NCBI RefSeq assembly: GCF_056746865.1
Contig: NZ_CM163382.1
Strand: one strand, 5' to 3'
DNA length: 64,000 nt
Of this stretch, positions 16,475 through 26,702 are shown piece after piece (the first letter of the stretch is position 1; the number at the start of each line of letters is the position of its first letter). The notes under the pieces are model-generated. The model did no database searches. It was not told the DNA's origin and saw nothing but the letters and a program-made list of their open reading frames with translations. The position numbers were made by a program, and so were the translations under genes.

Positions 16475-16882
16475 TTATAACCACTTAGAAAAAGCCTTAG
16501 CTTTCAGTGGGTCAAATGGCCCCTCCTTTATCTCCAACATAAGGGCTTTTGGTGACAAGCATTTGACACTATGTATATCTCCTGGGGAAAATTCCACGAC
16601 GCTTATTCCCGTACCGTCTCCAACCACAAACTGTTTTTGGATCTCACCATTTTGCTCATACAAGCAAACTTCTAATTGCCCTTGCATGACGACAAACATT
16701 TCCCACTGATGCGGTAACTCATGCCAATGGGGTTCAACATAGCTGTCGCGGACAAATGCAATAAGTAAACGTTGAACCTTCTCCTGATGAGATGCGTGCA
16801 ATAAATAATGAGCGCGCAAACGTTCAGAATTTGCTGCAGTGCGAAAAAGTTCATCCAGAATATTGTCATCAACTAAACGCAT
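16475..16882 (-). CDS. wbuC: Small cupin-like protein of the type found at the end of fnl-containing O-antigen clusters (WbuC-like)
   Basis: 135 aa ORF immediately downstream of a WbuB-like glycosyltransferase with a 10-nt overlap; assignment is by size, position and resemblance, not a verified function. Confidence 0.6.
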   Translation of the reverse strand: MRLVDDNILDELFRTAANSERLRAHYLLHASHQEKVQRLLIAFVRDSYVEPHWHELPHQWEMFVVMQGQLEVCLYEQNGEIQKQFVVGDGTGISVVEFSPGDIHSVKCLSPKALMLEIKEGPFDPLKAKAFSKWL

Positions 16883-18081
16883 TCTCCTGCCTCCAGTCGG
16901 ACTTCGATAATATGTGCCGCCGATTCAACCGAAAATTGAGACTTTAACAACACATTAGCGTTCTGACCTAACTGCTTTCTTAAAGCTGAATCACTAAGAA
17001 GCAATTGTGCAGATTTAAACAGTTTATCATCTTCACCATTAACATGAATGAAACCGGCCCTGTGCTTATTAATTACATCCATTAAATCATTGCCGCCATT
17101 CACACTCCCAAGGATCGGGATTGATTGAACCATATACCCTAGTAATTTCCCAGGGAAATTATGTGAAGAATGGCGAGATGAAAGGGAGAACAGGCCGACA
17201 TCAACTTCAGATAAAATTAATTTAAACTCTTCCTGGTTCACTGAAGGTAGGTGAGTGAAATTAGTTAAATTCCATTCTGCAGCAAGAGATTTTATCAGGT
17301 CAACTTCATCACCCTGCCCTATAAACAGGAAATGAGCATCATGATAACGCATCATATTACGCGCAAGGCGCATTAAGTTCGCCATATCCTGAGCATGCCC
17401 AATATTACCGCCATAGAAAAAAATGACTTTATCTTTTAGATCGTATTTTTGACGAAGTGAATGATAATCATCGCTGGCAGACACAGGAGTCATTGAGGCC
17501 CAATTACGTAAAACTTCACACGGATAACCTTTATTGGTCTGACGAAATATCTCAAGATTCTTATCAGACATTACCCCTATCCGGTCAGCCTGCTGATATG
17601 ATTTTTTTTCAAAATACCTGAAATATTTTTCAATTGGCGAACCGGCTTTCAACATACCTGCATCAATGACCCACTGTGGAAACATATCCCTTAGGACCAG
17701 GTAGCTTGGGCACTGGCATCGCTGCTTTATTTTTTTAACCAAGTCGCCCCAAAAAATAGAGGGGGAATAATAAACGATACCATCAAATGTATCATGTTGA
17801 ATGAGGTGCTTAAATGCGCGCCATGCACGAAAAGATAAAAGAGTTTCATTTATGGCACGCTTAGCCTTACCTACATCCTTTAAAGGTCCACTTTTGAAAC
17901 GCCAAACCTTTATACCATCAATCATACTAACAGAATAGATTGCTTGTAATGTGATGTCAGGCGTAATTACAGTTACATCATGGCCTCTGCTCAACAATTC
18001 AAGGCCTAACTCATGAAACATTTTAGCCCCAACACGTGTGCTATGGGGCAAATAATCATCAATGATTAATGCAAGTTTCAT
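16873..18081 (-). CDS. wbuB: GT4-family glycosyltransferase, probable L-FucNAc transferase (WbuB-like)
   Basis: 402 aa ORF directly downstream of fnlABC; in known clusters this position holds the transferase that uses the UDP-L-FucNAc made by FnlABC. Confidence 0.7.
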   Translation of the reverse strand: MKLALIIDDYLPHSTRVGAKMFHELGLELLSRGHDVTVITPDITLQAIYSVSMIDGIKVWRFKSGPLKDVGKAKRAINETLLSFRAWRAFKHLIQHDTFDGIVYYSPSIFWGDLVKKIKQRCQCPSYLVLRDMFPQWVIDAGMLKAGSPIEKYFRYFEKKSYQQADRIGVMSDKNLEIFRQTNKGYPCEVLRNWASMTPVSASDDYHSLRQKYDLKDKVIFFYGGNIGHAQDMANLMRLARNMMRYHDAHFLFIGQGDEVDLIKSLAAEWNLTNFTHLPSVNQEEFKLILSEVDVGLFSLSSRHSSHNFPGKLLGYMVQSIPILGSVNGGNDLMDVINKHRAGFIHVNGEDDKLFKSAQLLLSDSALRKQLGQNANVLLKSQFSVESAAHIIEVRLEAGECV

Positions 18082-19211
18082 TAGTATTGTTTCCAGACAA
18101 CCCGTTTAACGTAGTCAGTATATGAATGGATAATACGCACAACTTTATCTGAAACATTGGGCATGCTATAGTCACTGACCTGACGAAGTAAGCGTACTTC
18201 TCCACGAGGCTGTGTTGCAATAATTTCTAATGCCTGTAAAACGCGCTCAGATTCAAGACCGACCATCATTACTGCCCCTTCTTCGAAGCCTTCCGGGCGT
18301 TCGTGCGCTTCTCGTATATTGAGTGCAGGGAAGTTCATAATGGAGGACTCTTCTGTAATAGTCCCACTATCCGATAAAACAGCACGTGCATTTTTTTGCA
18401 GATGGTTGTAATCGTGAAATCCTAATGGCTTAAGAAGCAAGATATTTTTATGGAATTGAATACCGTTTTCATTGATGCGGTTACGAGTGCGAGGATGAGT
18501 AGAAACAACTACCGGGACATCATATTTTTCAGCCACGGTATTAAGTATATTCGCCAGTTTCGCAAGCTGTTTAGGGGTATCAACATTTTCTTCTCTGTGG
18601 GCACTTACCACAAAGAAATTCCCAGGTGTTAAATTCAGGCGAGAAAGTACATCGGAACCATCAATCTGCGGCATATAATGAGTGAGTACTTCAAACATTG
18701 GGCTACCGGTTTTAATAATTCTATCGGCTGGTACACCTTCAGCCAGAAGATATTCACGAGCGATATCGCTATATGTCATATTGATATCAGCAGTGTGGTC
18801 AACTATTTTTCTGTTAGTTTCTTCCGGTACGCGTTGGTCAAAACAACGATTCCCCGCTTCCATATGGAAGATCGGAATTTTTCGACGCTTTGCTGGTATT
18901 GCTGAAATACAGGAGTTAGTATCGCCAAGAACTAACATAGCTTCTGGTTTTTCCTGTTCAAGGACATCATCAACTTTAATGATAACTTGTCCAATAGTCT
19001 CTGCTGCATTTTTACCTGCGGCATTAAGAAAATAATCTGGTTTGCGAACACCCAAATCTTTGAAAAAAACTTCATTCAATTCATAATCGTAGTTTTGGCC
19101 AGTATGAATAATAAGGTGGTCACAATATTCATCTAATTTTGCAAGGACACGCGAGAGTCGAATAATTTCTGGACGAGTCCCAACAACCGACATGACTTTC
19201 AATTTTTTCAC
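18081..19211 (-). CDS. fnlC: UDP-N-acetylglucosamine 2-epimerase (non-hydrolysing), FnlC/Cap5G-like
   Basis: 376 aa ORF ([29 protein letters not shown]...) of the WecB/Cap5G epimerase type; third gene of the UDP-L-FucNAc pathway. Confidence 0.85.
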   Translation of the reverse strand: MKKLKVMSVVGTRPEIIRLSRVLAKLDEYCDHLIIHTGQNYDYELNEVFFKDLGVRKPDYFLNAAGKNAAETIGQVIIKVDDVLEQEKPEAMLVLGDTNSCISAIPAKRRKIPIFHMEAGNRCFDQRVPEETNRKIVDHTADINMTYSDIAREYLLAEGVPADRIIKTGSPMFEVLTHYMPQIDGSDVLSRLNLTPGNFFVVSAHREENVDTPKQLAKLANILNTVAEKYDVPVVVSTHPRTRNRINENGIQFHKNILLLKPLGFHDYNHLQKNARAVLSDSGTITEESSIMNFPALNIREAHERPEGFEEGAVMMVGLESERVLQALEIIATQPRGEVRLLRQVSDYSMPNVSDKVVRIIHSYTDYVKRVVWKQY

Positions 19212-20314
19212 GATAAAACTCTCGCTATAGTATCTGGTTCAGAACGATTAAATATTTCATTTGCCCAAAGCATAACAACTAGCTCATCCGAGCCATTATT
19301 AGTGATGTCATGCGTCCACCCCGGAACTGTTTCAACAATTTTAAAATCATCTGAGGAGACATTAAATTCATATCGCTCACCCGTGACAATATTTTCAAAT
19401 TTGAAACAAGCACTTCCTCGGATGACAATAAATTTCTCATTTTTGGAATGATGATAATGTCCCCCCCGAGTAATTCCTGGATGCGCAGTAAAGAACGAAA
19501 ACTGGCCCGCGTTTTTCGTTTTCAATACTTCACAGAATACCCCTCTATCATCACTATAAGAAGGAACCGTATACGCAAACTGTTCAGGAGACAGATAACT
19601 TAACCATGTTGAGTACAATGCACGTGTAAATCCATTACCTACATCTTCGGTGATTAATGTTTGGCGACTTTCTTTAAATCGGTAAATTAATTGCGCCACT
19701 TCACCAACAGTAACAGAATAAATTGGACCGAATGTCCTGTAACCAGTTTCGTTCGCTCCTTCCAATAGCTTTAATATGTCAGAACAAAAGTCATCTATAT
19801 ACACCAGATCAACAACTGCTGAAGGATCATTAATTGTAATAGTTTCATCATTTGCAATGCGATGGCAGAAAGTTGCTATAAAGGAGTTATAATTTGGGCG
19901 ACACCACTTACCGAATACATTCGGCAAGCGATAAATATAATATTTGGCATTTGTCGTTTCCCCATACTGCTGAATGATTTTCTCCGCAGTCGCTTTACTC
20001 TTTCCATAAGCGTTATCACATTCAGCCTGGATGGAAGAACTCAGCATGATAGGAGTATTTTTATTATTTTTTTTCAGAACATCAACAATCTGTTGAGTTA
20101 CGTTGCTATTTCCCTCTTCAAATTCACTCTCCTTCACAGGACGATTTACTCCTGCAAGGTGAAAAATGAAATCTGCCTGCTTAAGTCCCTGCTCTAAATC
20201 CGCCAAAGAAGAGTTACGATCTATCGTAATAAGTTCGTTATAACCAGCCTCCTTAAGGCGGAAAACCAAATTACGGCCGATAAACCCTGAAGCACCAGTA
20301 ACTAAAATTTTCAT
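19208..20314 (-). CDS. fnlB: UDP-L-FucNAc pathway reductase/epimerase, FnlB/Cap5F-like
   Basis: ORF with short-chain dehydrogenase N-terminus ([17 protein letters not shown]); start placed at the ATG at 20314, but 20332 or 20341 are also possible. Confidence 0.8.
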   Translation of the reverse strand: MKILVTGASGFIGRNLVFRLKEAGYNELITIDRNSSLADLEQGLKQADFIFHLAGVNRPVKESEFEEGNSNVTQQIVDVLKKNNKNTPIMLSSSIQAECDNAYGKSKATAEKIIQQYGETTNAKYYIYRLPNVFGKWCRPNYNSFIATFCHRIANDETITINDPSAVVDLVYIDDFCSDILKLLEGANETGYRTFGPIYSVTVGEVAQLIYRFKESRQTLITEDVGNGFTRALYSTWLSYLSPEQFAYTVPSYSDDRGVFCEVLKTKNAGQFSFFTAHPGITRGGHYHHSKNEKFIVIRGSACFKFENIVTGERYEFNVSSDDFKIVETVPGWTHDITNNGSDELVVMLWANEIFNRSEPDTIARVLS

Positions 20315-20315
20315 A

Positions 20316-21350
20316 TTATGAATCCAACTCATAATCTTCACCAGAACGAATTGCCCGGATAAAAGGAAGTTTTAGCAGTAATTTTTTCATACCCTCAACA
20401 TCTAATCTCTCAGTATTATGAGAGTTATAATCTTCCACTTCCGAGATACGACGGTCACCATGTTCCACATATTTACCATAGTTCAAATCGCGGAGATCTG
20501 GTGGAACACGATAATAATCACCCATATCTTCCGCTGCTATCATTTCCTCTCGGCTCAATAACGCTTCGTAAAGTTTTTCCCCGTGTCGAGTTCCAATAAT
20601 ATTGATTGGATGTTCATGGGCATTTAGCAATTCCTTAAGTGCAATGGCTAATGTTTGAATTGTTGCCGCAGGAGCTTTCTGAACGAAAATATCACCGTTA
20701 TTTCCATGCTCGAAGGCATAAAGGACCAGATCAACAGCATCCTCAAGCGTCATCATGAAACGAGTCATATTGGGATCGGTAATGGTCAATGGTTTACCAG
20801 ATTTGATTAGATCAACAAACAATGGGATGACCGATCCACGTGAAGCCATTACATTCCCATAACGTGTTCCGCAGATAACTGTTTTTGAACTATCAAGATT
20901 ACGTGATTTTGCAACAATGACTTTTTCCATCATTGCTTTAGATATGCCCATTGCATTAATAGGATATACGGCTTTATCTGTACTCAGACATACAATTCGC
21001 CTAACGCGATTAGCTATTGCAGCTTCTAGAACGTTTTCAGTACCTAAAATATTCGTTTTTACAGCTTCCATGGGGTGGAATTCGCAGGAAGGCACTTGCT
21101 TCAGGGCTGCAGCATGATAAATAAAATCAACACCTCGAGAAGCATTGAGAATACTCGAATAATCGCGAACATCACCTATATAGAACTTAAGCTTCTGATT
21201 ATTATATTTTTTCCTCATGTCATCTTGTTTTTTTTCATCCCGGGAAAAAATACGTATTTCTTTGATATCTGTATCAAGAAAACGTCTTAGAACAGCATTA
21301 CCGAAAGACCCCGTACCACCAGTAATTAACAATATTTTACCATTAAACAT
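20316..21350 (-). CDS. fnlA: UDP-GlcNAc 4,6-dehydratase/5-epimerase, FnlA/Cap5E-like
   Basis: Start trimmed to MFNGKILLITGGTGSFGNAVLRRFLD (ATG at 21350), 344 aa. Confidence 0.85.
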   Translation of the reverse strand: MFNGKILLITGGTGSFGNAVLRRFLDTDIKEIRIFSRDEKKQDDMRKKYNNQKLKFYIGDVRDYSSILNASRGVDFIYHAAALKQVPSCEFHPMEAVKTNILGTENVLEAAIANRVRRIVCLSTDKAVYPINAMGISKAMMEKVIVAKSRNLDSSKTVICGTRYGNVMASRGSVIPLFVDLIKSGKPLTITDPNMTRFMMTLEDAVDLVLYAFEHGNNGDIFVQKAPAATIQTLAIALKELLNAHEHPINIIGTRHGEKLYEALLSREEMIAAEDMGDYYRVPPDLRDLNYGKYVEHGDRRISEVEDYNSHNTERLDVEGMKKLLLKLPFIRAIRSGEDYELDS

Positions 21351-21358
21351 AATACACC

Positions 21359-22462
21359 TTATTTTAAAATAGAGAAGAACTGTGGCCAAGATGAACGACT
21401 ATCTTTTTCATAAGGCCTAAAATTGAGCTTCGAATTGCCATTTAAAACATTAAACAACGCCCTAGCCCAGCCATCTTCATCATTGTAAATTACAAAATCT
21501 ACGCCGCTATAATTCTTTAAAACATCACGGGCATAAGGAAGATCACTACTAATGATTTTTTTTCCTAAACTAGCAGCTTCGATGAGTGGTAACCCATATG
21601 ATTCTATATAGCTAGGAAAAACAATAAAAGATGCCGCCATATATTTTTTTTGCAATTTCGAGTATGAAAGAACACCGAGATAATCAATGTTTTTGCTTAG
21701 GTTATTTAATTGCACAAACTTATCAAAATTTTTGTACCTATTCTTTTCAAAAGTCACTTGGAATTTCAGATCATCTATAAAATACTTTTGCTTTAAAATA
21801 ACCAACGCCTTCAGAATGACCAAATGATTTTTATAGGTAAGTGGTGTCGCTGGATATAAGAGTGTTTTAACAGATACATCCTTATCTACATCAAATTTAG
21901 TATTATTAAATGTTTTGATATCAGGTTTTATAACAAGGACCCTTTCGGAACTAATCTTATCACATTGATCCAACACTCCTTTTTTCATCCAATTCGTTTG
22001 CACTACGATGGTTGTATTTGCATTCACATATTTAAATATAAAATAGGAATAAAAATTTTTATATAAAAAAAGTTTTACGTTATCGAACGTGATATCATTT
22101 AAAAAAGAATCAACTTTACTGAAAGGAATTGGCTGGTGCAAGTAAATAATCTGCTCATAAGGAACATTCAAACTGGAATTTTGTAGAGAAATTACTTTCT
22201 TAACGTTAATCTTATGTTCAGAGATAAACTTTCGACAACCGAACCAATCCCAATATATTCTTTTCAACCATCCTTTTGGTGTGTTTTCTATGTAAATGAT
22301 GTTATCACAGACCGGCAACTCTAATCCCGCAGATACAAACATAATATAGTCATTTGAATTTTGTGATGCATGTTTTATAAATTGCTTTAATATAGTTAAT
22401 GCACCTCCGGAGGCCAGCGCCGTCGCACTTACAACAATATAACTTTTGGACAAATCAAACAT
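21359..22462 (-). CDS. GT4-family glycosyltransferase of the O-antigen cluster
   Basis: 367 aa ORF with the C-terminal GT4 motif (FPSYIESYGLPLIEAASLGKKII); AT-rich codon usage like its neighbours. Confidence 0.7.
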   Translation of the reverse strand: MFDLSKSYIVVSATALASGGALTILKQFIKHASQNSNDYIMFVSAGLELPVCDNIIYIENTPKGWLKRIYWDWFGCRKFISEHKINVKKVISLQNSSLNVPYEQIIYLHQPIPFSKVDSFLNDITFDNVKLFLYKNFYSYFIFKYVNANTTIVVQTNWMKKGVLDQCDKISSERVLVIKPDIKTFNNTKFDVDKDVSVKTLLYPATPLTYKNHLVILKALVILKQKYFIDDLKFQVTFEKNRYKNFDKFVQLNNLSKNIDYLGVLSYSKLQKKYMAASFIVFPSYIESYGLPLIEAASLGKKIISSDLPYARDVLKNYSGVDFVIYNDEDGWARALFNVLNGNSKLNFRPYEKDSRSSWPQFFSILK

Positions 22463-22738
22463 ACAGTTCCTAAGTGGTTATCTAAAGCTTCTTATTAACA
22501 TAAATTTTCAACAAATGAAAACAGACAGAGCAAAGTACACTTCCATAGGAAGTTATCCGAATGAATGCAGGATATTATATACTACATAAGAAGCCATATC
22601 CTATCTTTCCCAAATCGAAACATTTTCTGTTCTTGCCCTCTTATTTCCAGACAGGGATTGTATCTTAAGTTAGATATATGTCCAAGCCTACCTCTTATTT
22701 TAAGATACATCTACTGTCTGGTGTTTTCGGGGGTCAAC

Positions 22739-23229
22739 TCAGATCACATTATTAAGAATCTCACCACACACAACACTATTTGCGCCAATAACTACACCAT
22801 TACCTATACACGCACCTGGTAATATTGTCACGTTTTCACCAATCCACACACGCTCTTCAATATACACAGGTGCAGATTCAAGAGACCTAGATGAAGGAAT
22901 AATAGTTGGTGAACTATGGATATCAGATTTAGAAAAAATACCATGATTATGATCACTAATAAATACTTTACTTGCTATTAATGTATCTCTACCAATAATG
23001 GCATTATTAATAGCCGCGATGTGGAACATAATCATTAATTTGAACATTTTCTCCAATAGACACTATAGCATCCATAAATGTATCACCTCCTAATACTACA
23101 CCTGATGTAAACCCTTTTCCAAAACTAACACTTCCATCTTTTCTAAGATAACATGAAAATCTAATAACCCTAACATTTGAACAAAATAAAACTTTTGTTA
23201 AGAATAATCTTTAAGAAGCCTAAGACCAC
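22739..23229 (-). pseudogene. Degraded hexapeptide-repeat acetyltransferase gene
   Basis: The only intact ORF (22739..23056) encodes hexapeptide-repeat sequence (HIAAINNAIIGRDTLIASKVFISDHNHG...IGENVTILPGACIGNGVVIGANSVV). The N-terminal part (...GKGFTSGVVLGGDTFMDAIVSIGENVQINDYV) lies upstream in a different frame, consistent with a 1-nt insertion near 23005, and has no in-frame start codon. Confidence 0.65.
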
Positions 23230-23332
23230 CATAAAGGCCATATCGTTTAATTAACTTAATTTTTTATGCACATTATTTATGCCCTGGTTAGAATATATGT
23301 TATTTACGTATTAATGATAACATAATCTACTA

Positions 23333-24562
23333 TTATATAGCCATTTTGACATTAGATTTCATCAAGATAATTTTAGCATGATATTTGCATAAAAATATTG
23401 ATGAAAATAACATAAACACATAGGGATTTATATAGCCAGCACCACGTATAAAAAGGGGGATGAAGAAACACATATAGAAACTATATGCTAAAATATACTG
23501 CGGTGGATATCTCTTATTTTTTTTGAAACGCAGATAAAATCGAAAAAAAATAAAAAGATAGAAAATGCACATTATTGCACCAATAAACCCAAACTCAGAT
23601 ATTAACTTCGAAGAAATAAATGAGCCATCGTATATATTTAACATAGGGGCATCAAGATCAGCTAAAATTTGTTGATACACTCCTACCTCCCCATTCACGC
23701 CCATTTGTTGAAAACCAATACCAAGACCATAACTTGTAATAAAATTCAAGAAAGCTCTTTCAATTCCTGAAAGATATACAAGCACTGATAAGTTCGTAGT
23801 ATTTTTAAAATCAAGCCGCGATGTATAGTAAGAAATGTCTAAATCACTTAATATCATGGAAAAAATCCATGCCCCTAAAAATATAACAATAGTTTGCCTT
23901 ATTGTTATTTTTTTCATCACAAAAACACTAATCACAATGCCTACTAACATCGTTAAGTTCTGGATACCTAACGCAATACCCAAAGATAATATATAGAGCA
24001 ATAGTACCCCCCCCCCCCTTGTATAGTATAAACAAAATGAAAAGATAGGTATGAAAACCAATGCAAATGCTGATGGTTCAGGAAAAAGAATCATACTTTT
24101 ATCATGTATAATCTCAGTTTTCTGTAAAAGAATACTTATAATGCCAATAAGGCAAAGAAATGCGAACAAATAAAAGACGGATCTCTTAAGTATTTCTTCA
24201 GAACATAACCACAAAGTCTGTGCATAACAAGAGGAGACGTATGCCATTATTAAGATGCTATACATTGAAAGTACAATTTTAAATGATAAAACCTGTTCAA
24301 TATTAAATAGCATACTTAACAGACAGTTAAAACACAACAATATGAATAATACTACTATTATTAGCAAATTATCTTTGCAAGTGTTTTTAGCCCTTAAAAA
24401 AACAAAAAGCAATATAATGGAGATTATCGTTGAAATGCTAAAATTATCAATCCCTAATGTATAAAACAAAAAATCAGGAAAAACAAGGAAAAGTAAAAAT
24501 AAAAATATAATTCTTTTTGTGCTATTTGGTTCTTCTATTCTTATGCTCATACATAATCTCAA
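23333..24562 (-). CDS. wzy: O-antigen polymerase
   Basis: 409 aa highly hydrophobic, AT-rich ORF with many predicted transmembrane segments, between glycosyltransferase genes; contains a G12 tract on the coding strand. Start uncertain (24562 or 24550). Confidence 0.7.
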   Translation of the reverse strand: MRLCMSIRIEEPNSTKRIIFLFLLFLVFPDFLFYTLGIDNFSISTIISIILLFVFLRAKNTCKDNLLIIVVLFILLCFNCLLSMLFNIEQVLSFKIVLSMYSILIMAYVSSCYAQTLWLCSEEILKRSVFYLFAFLCLIGIISILLQKTEIIHDKSMILFPEPSAFALVFIPIFSFCLYYTRGGGVLLLYILSLGIALGIQNLTMLVGIVISVFVMKKITIRQTIVIFLGAWIFSMILSDLDISYYTSRLDFKNTTNLSVLVYLSGIERAFLNFITSYGLGIGFQQMGVNGEVGVYQQILADLDAPMLNIYDGSFISSKLISEFGFIGAIMCIFYLFIFFRFYLRFKKNKRYPPQYILAYSFYMCFFIPLFIRGAGYINPYVFMLFSSIFLCKYHAKIILMKSNVKMAI

Positions 24563-25670
24563 TTATCTTTTTTGCCCAATTGTCCCAATGCAATATTTTA
24601 TTATATCTAACTCTTGCGTTTTGGGAGTAGTTTTGATAAGTCTCTACGGAGCTAATTATTTTATGAATTGCATTTCCAAAGTGCTTATAGTCTGACGAGT
24701 CTTTAATTAATATCCCCGTCCTTTCGTTGATAACTATAGAACTAATTCCACCTGTATCTGTGGCGACAACTGGCAATCCATAAGCTGCAGCTTCACAAAA
24801 TACCATTCCGTAACATTCAGCAATGGTTGGTAAAAGAAGTATATCAGCGTTAGATAACACATCGATGAATTTCTGATATTCTTCAACGTTATTTTTATTT
24901 ATTTTATCAATTAATTCAACCCAAGCAGGTAAAATCTCTTGATTCGGAGTACATCCACAAATTTTTAGTCTAACATCGATCCCATATAACTCTCTTACAT
25001 ATTCAATTGCTTTCAATGCTGTTTTACCACCTTTTCTTTCCCAATCGACCCCCAAGAAAAGACAAGTATAACTAATCTTTTGAATTATAGTTTTATTAGC
25101 AAAATGAATATCTTCAAATAAATTAGCCCCCCATGGTATTTCAACTAATTTATCAGAATCCAATCTGTAATAGTCCTTGCAAAAATCCATTGCCCATTTA
25201 GATGGGAAAGATACGACTGTTGCTTTTTCAATAGCCTTGCGTTCGATTAAACTTGCATCCTCATCATTTATAATTGTTTTTTTATTTAAATTCGGATAAT
25301 AGTTTTTTAATTGATCATATGTTGTATCCGATAGATATATTATTGGTATATTTGTTTCTAAAAAAGCAATTTGTGAAGAACCTGCAGGTGCAATAATAAA
25401 ATCCAAACCATCAATTTTTTTTAATTTTCTCTCAAATATTCTACCGTAATACTTGGAAAGCAACTTCGAACGACTATAATCATATTCCTTTCCGAAACAC
25501 CTTAATATTAATTTATATGCTTTTAACATGTATACCATATAGCTATTTACCGGTCCTAATATTTCAATGGAAATATTTCTCTTCGATAATGCCTTTAGCA
25601 TATAATAAGGTGTGCCAGACCAACTGGATGTAGATAGTGGATCATAAGCAGATAAAAAAGCCACTTTCAT
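24522..25670 (-). CDS. GT4-family glycosyltransferase of the O-antigen cluster
   Basis: 382 aa ORF with GT4 motif (LPTIAECYGMVFCEAAAYGLPVVATDTGGISSIV). Confidence 0.7.
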   Translation of the reverse strand: MKVAFLSAYDPLSTSSWSGTPYYMLKALSKRNISIEILGPVNSYMVYMLKAYKLILRCFGKEYDYSRSKLLSKYYGRIFERKLKKIDGLDFIIAPAGSSQIAFLETNIPIIYLSDTTYDQLKNYYPNLNKKTIINDEDASLIERKAIEKATVVSFPSKWAMDFCKDYYRLDSDKLVEIPWGANLFEDIHFANKTIIQKISYTCLFLGVDWERKGGKTALKAIEYVRELYGIDVRLKICGCTPNQEILPAWVELIDKINKNNVEEYQKFIDVLSNADILLLPTIAECYGMVFCEAAAYGLPVVATDTGGISSIVINERTGILIKDSSDYKHFGNAIHKIISSVETYQNYSQNARVRYNKILHWDNWAKKIIEIMYEHKNRRTK

Positions 25671-25736
25671 TAAATACCCTTTAATAACATATCAAACTAT
25701 ACATTTATTTAATAACACCATCATTAAATGCATATT

Positions 25737-26702
25737 CTAATGGCATTTGCTACCTTTATTTCGTTTGAAGTTAAACATAACATTCAAACATCTTTTCATC
25801 TTATTAAACTCACCTCTTCTAGCACGGTTAAATGCTACAACAAAGAGTGACAACCATACCGTCCAATAATATTGTGGATAAAACTTTTCTGTAATGACCA
25901 GCCTATTTTTTATTGAACAAAGGTCAGCTATCATACTCTTTCCCCCATCAGTACTTGCACCTATCTTATGATAAACCAAACTATCTGAGCAAATACCTAA
26001 TTTAAAGTTCTTTGCTTTTGCTCTGAGGCAAATATCTAACTCTTCATAGTATAAAAAATATTCTTCATTCATCAATCCAACTGTTTCCAAACATTCTCTA
26101 GAGAAAAACATTGATGCGCCAATTATATAATCTATATTATTGCTAATGACTTCATCATCATATTTTTTGGAAACTAATCTTCCCATCTCATAATTTTTTG
26201 TAGTGCATAACCATCTGTAATGTACCCCACCCAGTCCTTGCTGCATCTCTCTATCGGTAAAATAGACTAAACGAGAACCGCAAATCCCTATATTTTTATC
26301 TGAATCACATTTACTAATTAAATGAGTTAAAGCCTCTTTATCCACTTCAGTATCATTATTCAGAACCCAGACGTATTTCATATCCTCCTGATTAAGTGCG
26401 AGCTCTATTCCAATGTTATTACCACTTGCGTACCCATTATTTTTCGGAGATTGTATTAATATGATTTTATCGTTTTCTAATGTTTGATATTTACTTCTAT
26501 CCTCATACTTCACCTCAATGAAACTTTTACCAGTAATATATAATGCATTAAGATTTTCTTTTATAGAATCATATGAGTTATCCGTAGAACAGTTATCAAC
26601 AACGATAATTTTATAATCATCATAATTTAAATTCATTAAACTTTTAACACAATTAATGGTATCTATAGCCCCATTCCAATTTAACACTACAATATATATC
26701 AT
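25737..26702 (-). CDS. GT2-family glycosyltransferase, possibly a rhamnosyltransferase
   Basis: 321 aa ORF with GT2 N-terminus (MIYIVVLNWNGAIDTINCVKSL...VVDNCSTDNS); the sugar specificity is inferred only from the neighbouring rml genes. Confidence 0.7.
   Translation of the reverse strand: MIYIVVLNWNGAIDTINCVKSLMNLNYDDYKIIVVDNCSTDNSYDSIKENLNALYITGKSFIEVKYEDRSKYQTLENDKIILIQSPKNNGYASGNNIGIELALNQEDMKYVWVLNNDTEVDKEALTHLISKCDSDKNIGICGSRLVYFTDREMQQGLGGVHYRWLCTTKNYEMGRLVSKKYDDEVISNNIDYIIGASMFFSRECLETVGLMNEEYFLYYEELDICLRAKAKNFKLGICSDSLVYHKIGASTDGGKSMIADLCSIKNRLVITEKFYPQYYWTVWLSLFVVAFNRARRGEFNKMKRCLNVMFNFKRNKGSKCH

Noticed and set aside
21228-21235. A/T homopolymer runs of 8 nt in fnlA and other O-antigen genes (also near 21556, 25426, 27086)
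   Set aside because: Runs of this length are expected in AT-rich DNA and are much less mutable than the G12 tract in wzy; not reported as phase-variation candidates.
22565-22822. 85 aa plus-strand ORF in the acetyltransferase remnant region
   Set aside because: It lies antisense to the decayed acetyltransferase sequence and is low-complexity; most likely a chance ORF in degraded DNA.
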